From the NCBI GenBank assembly GCA_036785375.1, contig JAWMAR010000094.1, positions 6,696,001 through 6,760,000 on the forward strand: a DNA stretch of 64,000 bases, read 5' to 3'. This DNA comes from Leucoraja ocellata (taxonomy: Eukaryota). Below, piece by piece: positions 62,182 to 64,000 of this stretch. Under the pieces are notes generated by a model that searched no databases, had not been told where the DNA came from, and worked only from the letters and a program-made list of their open reading frames with translations. The position numbers were made by a program, and so were the translations under genes. The stretch's first letter is position 1; the number at the start of each line of letters is the position of its first letter.

Positions 62182-64000
62182 ATCTAGACGACTGCGATAT
62201 CAACTCAGTCGGCGCCGAGGTGATGTCCAGCGGCTCAACAGTAAATATGAAGCGGAAGCAACAAACTACCCTTAGCCATTTAAAAAAAAAACAAGCCTGC
62301 TGCTGCCTCGGACGACACTCCAGCAGTCACTAGGACGTTAGATGAAGAAGAGGGAACTACAGCGGAGCCTGATGCCAGCAGTGTATCGGGTAAGTGAAAG
62401 TCGTACACAAGTGAACTTTAGCAGATATTAGACTACTAGCTACTAGCTTATAAGAGATTTCCCAAAATGAATGAATACCACACATATATTCACTAAACGG
62501 CCTTGCTAGCTCAATCTTGTTTTAGTAAAGTAGTAAATAACATCGTTATTACACATTTTACTGTGAGACTGTGAGTGTGTGTGTGCTGAATATCTCCTTG
62601 TTCCTTCTAGATGATAACTCCTGGCCAGCCCTATGGACTGAGAGTCAGGCTAGGGAGTTTAAAAGCAGGCATTCTTGGTTAGAATGGAAGGACAGAAAGT
62701 TAGGTAAATATCAGCCAACTTGTAAAGCTGGTATAAACACATGAAGTCAACTTTATGCAAATGAGAGTATAGCTGGTTTATTTTCATCTTAAAGATACAT
62801 TAATTTCCTTTTATACAATTAAATTATAATGATATTGTCACAGTTCATTCAATTTTGAATAGATCCTTATCCAGTTCAGAAGGTGTTATTGCTAATATAG
62901 ATTCAAAAAAGACTACTTGTATGATGTTAATTAGTCATGTTTCTGTTTACTTCCAGGTTGTGCTATTTGCAACTCAACAAAATCTACTGGCGTCTTAACA
63001 GAGAAAAGAATTTCCAAATCTGAGGAGTGGGCGATGTTTAAGATCCAGTCATCAGGCTCAAGCAGACCAACAGCACTGGCCTCCTTGAGAAACAAGATCA
63101 GACAGCATGAGATGTCCAGGGCACACGAAATAGCTCAGGAGCTCACTGAAAAGGGTGGACAGGATTTACTTGGGAATCTTCTAAGAGCTGTGTCAGACAC
63201 TGTTAACTGAGACAAATGCTGTATTCAGAACAGCATATTATCTTGCCAAGATGAACCAACCTTTCTCTGACCATGACGATCTCATTGAGCTTCAGGAAAA
63301 AAACGGTGTCAACATGGGCACAAGTCTGCACTCAAGGTTCAGTTTAACAAAAATTGTGGAACACATAGCAAAAAAGATGCAGACAAAAATAGTTGACAGC
63401 ATTGTGTCATCTTCAAGCAAGCTGTCTGTTCTCATTGATGAGGCAACTTCTCTCAGCCATAAATCAGCCATGATTGTCAATGTGAAGGCCTCTTCCGATG
63501 GAGCTACTCCTGAATTTGTTTTTTTTGGACCTGGTGGAGCTGGAAAGCTAGAGGGCAGAGTCTATAGAGGAAGCTCTATTAAACTGTTTGGACACTGCAG
63601 GCTTTAGTGAAGAGTGGCTTCAAAACACCTGGATCTCATTTGTTTCTGATGGAGTCAGTGTTATGTTAGGCAAAAGCTCTGGTGTGGCAGCCAGGCTGAC
63701 TACAAGGTACCCTAACCTCTTCACATGACACTGTATGGACCACCGTCTAGAACTGGCTGTAAATGATGCTGTGGATGAGGTTCAGGCAGTCAACCACTTC
63801 AATGTTTTCATGGACAAACTCCACAATCTCTACAGTCAGTCCAATAAAAATTCACGGGAACTTATGGAAGCAGCACAAGAAGTGGGCTGACAAGTCCTGA
63901 AGATTGGCAGAGTTTTAAACACCCGATGGGTTGCCAGCAGTTTCCGTTCTGTAAAGGCTGTGTGGAGGTCGTACGAAGCACTTAACAGACACTTTGCGAA
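62182..64000 (+). mobile_element. hAT KIAA1586-like transposon, copy 2 (runs off the window end)
   Basis: Near-identical to 1249-2550 plus 3088-3625; lacks the Rex insertion; same introns. Confidence 0.92.

Overview
This is vertebrate genomic DNA, inferred to come from a cartilaginous fish, most likely a skate or ray. The inference rests on the Ig light-chain type and on the CR1/HE1-SINE/Penelope repeat content. The window holds one intact host gene: an immunoglobulin light-chain cluster of the sigma-cart (type I/NS5-like) isotype on the + strand. It has a leader exon (37863-37914), a single already-joined VJ exon with no RSS (38310-38669) and a C exon (39651-39979), encoding 246 aa. Most of the rest is nested transposable elements: many CR1, Rex/Babar, L2, L1 and Penelope retroelements, tRNA-derived SINEs, two copies about 61 kb apart of an intron-containing hAT (KIAA1586-like) transposase that share the same inactivating lesions, a Passport-like Tc1, a non-autonomous Helitron, a Charlie-like MITE at a rearrangement junction, and a decayed class I ERV (integrase tail plus env TM). 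The most unusual item is an intronless, internally polyadenylated HERC1 RCC1-domain retrocopy with target-site duplication, sitting inside a solo LTR. Minimal hammerhead-ribozyme motifs recur in the Penelope terminal repeats. There are two assembly gaps (6476-6640 and 23768-23967). Family assignments come from motif recognition by eye, not database searches, and repeat boundaries are approximate unless a TIR or TSD is given.
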